DNA of 64,000 nucleotides from an uncultured Gemmatimonadaceae bacterium (GTDB lineage Bacteria; Gemmatimonadota; Gemmatimonadetes; Longimicrobiales; Gaopeijiaceae): NCBI GenBank assembly GCA_964519125.1, contig CAZFIS010000001.1, positions 3,825 to 67,824 of the forward strand, read 5' to 3'. Shown piece by piece: positions 62,673 to 64,000 of this stretch (position 1 is its first letter; each line of letters starts with the position of its first letter). The notes under the pieces were generated by a model. It saw only the letters and a program-made list of their open reading frames with translations, ran no database searches and was not told where the DNA came from. The position numbers and the translations under genes were made by a program.

Positions 62673-64000
62673 ATGCGACGTCCTGCCCGCCGGATCGCCT
62701 TTCTTCCCGCGACCCTTTTCGTCGCTCTGGCCGCCGCGCTCGTGCTGTCCGCCGGGGCTGCTGCGCAATCCACGGCGCCCGCCGCAGGCACGGCCGATGC
62801 CGTGCTCAGCGCGCTCCACTGGCGCAGCGTGGGGCCGTACGTGGGAGGCCGCGTGGTCGCGGTCGCGGGAGTTCCCGGCGAGCGGGACCTCTTCTACATG
62901 GGCGCCGTGGACGGAGGCGTGTGGAAGAGCACGGACTACGGCCTCGCGTGGACGAACATCACCGACGGTAAGCTCCCGGGCTCGAGCGCGAGCATCGGCG
63001 CGATTGCCGTGGCACCCTCGAGCCCGCGCGTTCTGTACGTGGGAACGGGCGAGAGCGACATCCGTGGGGACATGATCTCGGGCGACGGTGTCTTCCGCTC
63101 CCCGGACGGCGGCGAGCACTGGACGAGGGCGGGGCTGGAGGACACGCATACGATCAGCAGCCTGGTCGTGGACCCGAGCGATCCCGACGTCGTGTACGCG
63201 TCGTCGCTGGGACACGTCTTCGTGCCCGGACCGAACCGAGGCGTGTTCAAGACCACGGACGGCGGCCGCACCTGGAAGAAGGTCCTGTTCGTGAACGACA
63301 GCGCGGGCGTGGTGGACCTCGTGATGGCGCCCGGCAACCCGGACGTGCTGTACGCCGCGACGTGGCAGGCACAGCGGACGCCATGGATGCTGTCGAGCGG
63401 GGGCGCGGGCAGCGGGCTCTACGAGACGACGGACGGAGGCGAGCACTGGACGGACCTGTCGACCAACCCGGGCTTCCCCTCCGGCGTGCTCGGCAAGATC
63501 GGCGTGGCCGTTGCGGCCAGCGCGCCGAACGTCGTGTACGCGACCGTGCAGGCGAAAGACGGTGGCGTGTTCCGCTCCGACGACGGCGGCGCGACGTGGA
63601 GGCGGGTGAACGACGAGTGGAAGGTCAGGCAGCGGGCCTTCTACTACATGGCGATCTTCGTGGATCCGCAGGACGCCAACACCGTCTACATGCCGGAGGT
63701 GGACGCGCTCTGGGTCTCGCACGACGGAGCGAGGACGTTCACCCGGTTGCGTCCCCCGCACGGTGACAACCACACGCTCTGGATCAACCCCGACGACCCG
63801 AAGATCCTGCTGGAGGGCAACGACGGGGGCGCCACGGTGTCCACGGACGGCGGCCGTACCTGGAGCACGGAGCACAACCAGCCGACCGGGCAGTTCTACT
63901 CGGTGAATCTGGACCACCGCTTCCCCTTCCACATCTACGGTGCGCAGCAGGACGAGGGCTCCACCGAGGGCCCGAGCGCGAGCAGCGAGGGCTCGATCCC
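62673..64000 (+). CDS. Secreted BNR/Asp-box (sortilin/VPS10-like) beta-propeller protein, 3' end outside window
   Basis: This gene is not in the track because the frame stays open to the window edge; I read it by hand. The ATG at 62673 begins MRRPARRIAFLPATLFVALAAALVLSAGAAAQ (signal). Asp-box repeats recur: KSTDYGLAW, SPDGGEHW, TTDGGRTW, TTDGGEHW, SDDGGATW, SHDGARTF and STDGGRTW. Confidence 0.8.
   Translation, partial: MRRPARRIAFLPATLFVALAAALVLSAGAAAQSTAPAAGTADAVLSALHWRSVGPYVGGRVVAVAGVPGERDLFYMGAVDGGVWKSTDYGLAWTNITDGKLPGSSASIGAIAVAPSSPRVLYVGTGESDIRGDMISGDGVFRSPDGGEHWTRAGLEDTHTISSLVVDPSDPDVVYASSLGHVFVPGPNRGVFKTTDGGRTWKKVLFVNDSAGVVDLVMAPGNPDVLYAATWQAQRTPWMLSSGGAGSGLYETTDGGEHWTDLSTNPGFPSGVLGKIGVAVAASAPNVVYATVQAKDGGVFRSDDGGATWRRVNDEWKVRQRAFYYMAIFVDPQDANTVYMPEVDALWVSHDGARTFTRLRPPHGDNHTLWINPDDPKILLEGNDGGATVSTDGGRTWSTEHNQPTGQFYSVNLDHRFPFHIYGAQQDEGSTEGPSASSEGSI

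Noticed and set aside
1-64000. Search for tRNA, rRNA, CRISPR arrays, IS elements and prophage genes
   Set aside because: No cloverleaf-like segments are visible in the few non-coding gaps. There are no spaced direct repeats and no transposase, integrase or phage structural signatures, so none is reported. The apparent absence of Fha, PpkA and TagF applies only to this window.

Overview
This is a high-GC bacterial chromosomal window, densely coding on both strands. Many long ORFs in the six-frame track are antisense 'shadow' ORFs caused by GC richness. I rejected them wherever the opposite strand encodes a protein with recognisable motifs. I can support about 45 protein genes. I found no rRNA or tRNA, no CRISPR array, and no transposase or integrase. 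All functional calls come from motifs read by eye in the translations, because no database search was possible. Layout: (1) 1-24.5 kb holds mixed housekeeping and secreted-enzyme genes: a GNAT/Rrf2 pair, a TPR protein, a DsbB-like fusion with an untracked 55-codon partner ORF, a tricorn-like S41 peptidase, a GH53 galactanase, a large Tat-signal protein, an M14 carboxypeptidase, a SAM methyltransferase, a histidine phosphatase, a PP2C phosphatase, an M1 aminopeptidase and mtnA-mtnB. (2) 30.9-51.6 kb holds a complete, translationally coupled type VI secretion system (T6SS): clpV-vgrG-MORN-DUF4280-SPOR-tssJ-tssK-tssL-tssM, then tssA-tssB-tssC-hcp-tssE-tssF-tssG. (3) Two uncharacterised modules bracket the T6SS and are the most interesting content. 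The first is a divergent three-gene operon (30657 down to 24550) encoding a 217-aa protein, a ~1276-aa all-helical protein with a ~360-aa Ala/Gly/Pro tail, and a lower-GC lysine-rich ~500-aa protein with a poly-acidic C-terminus. The second is a five-gene extension coupled to tssG (51576-59289). It encodes a transporter-like/HEAT/cNMP-binding fusion, two transmembrane HAMP sensors with apparently degenerate PP2C/SpoIIE domains, a small cNMP-binding-like protein and a TorF-like outer-membrane porin, and it ends at a strong hairpin. (4) 59.4-64 kb holds an S9 peptidase, a lipoprotein and a BNR/sortilin-like protein that runs off the window.
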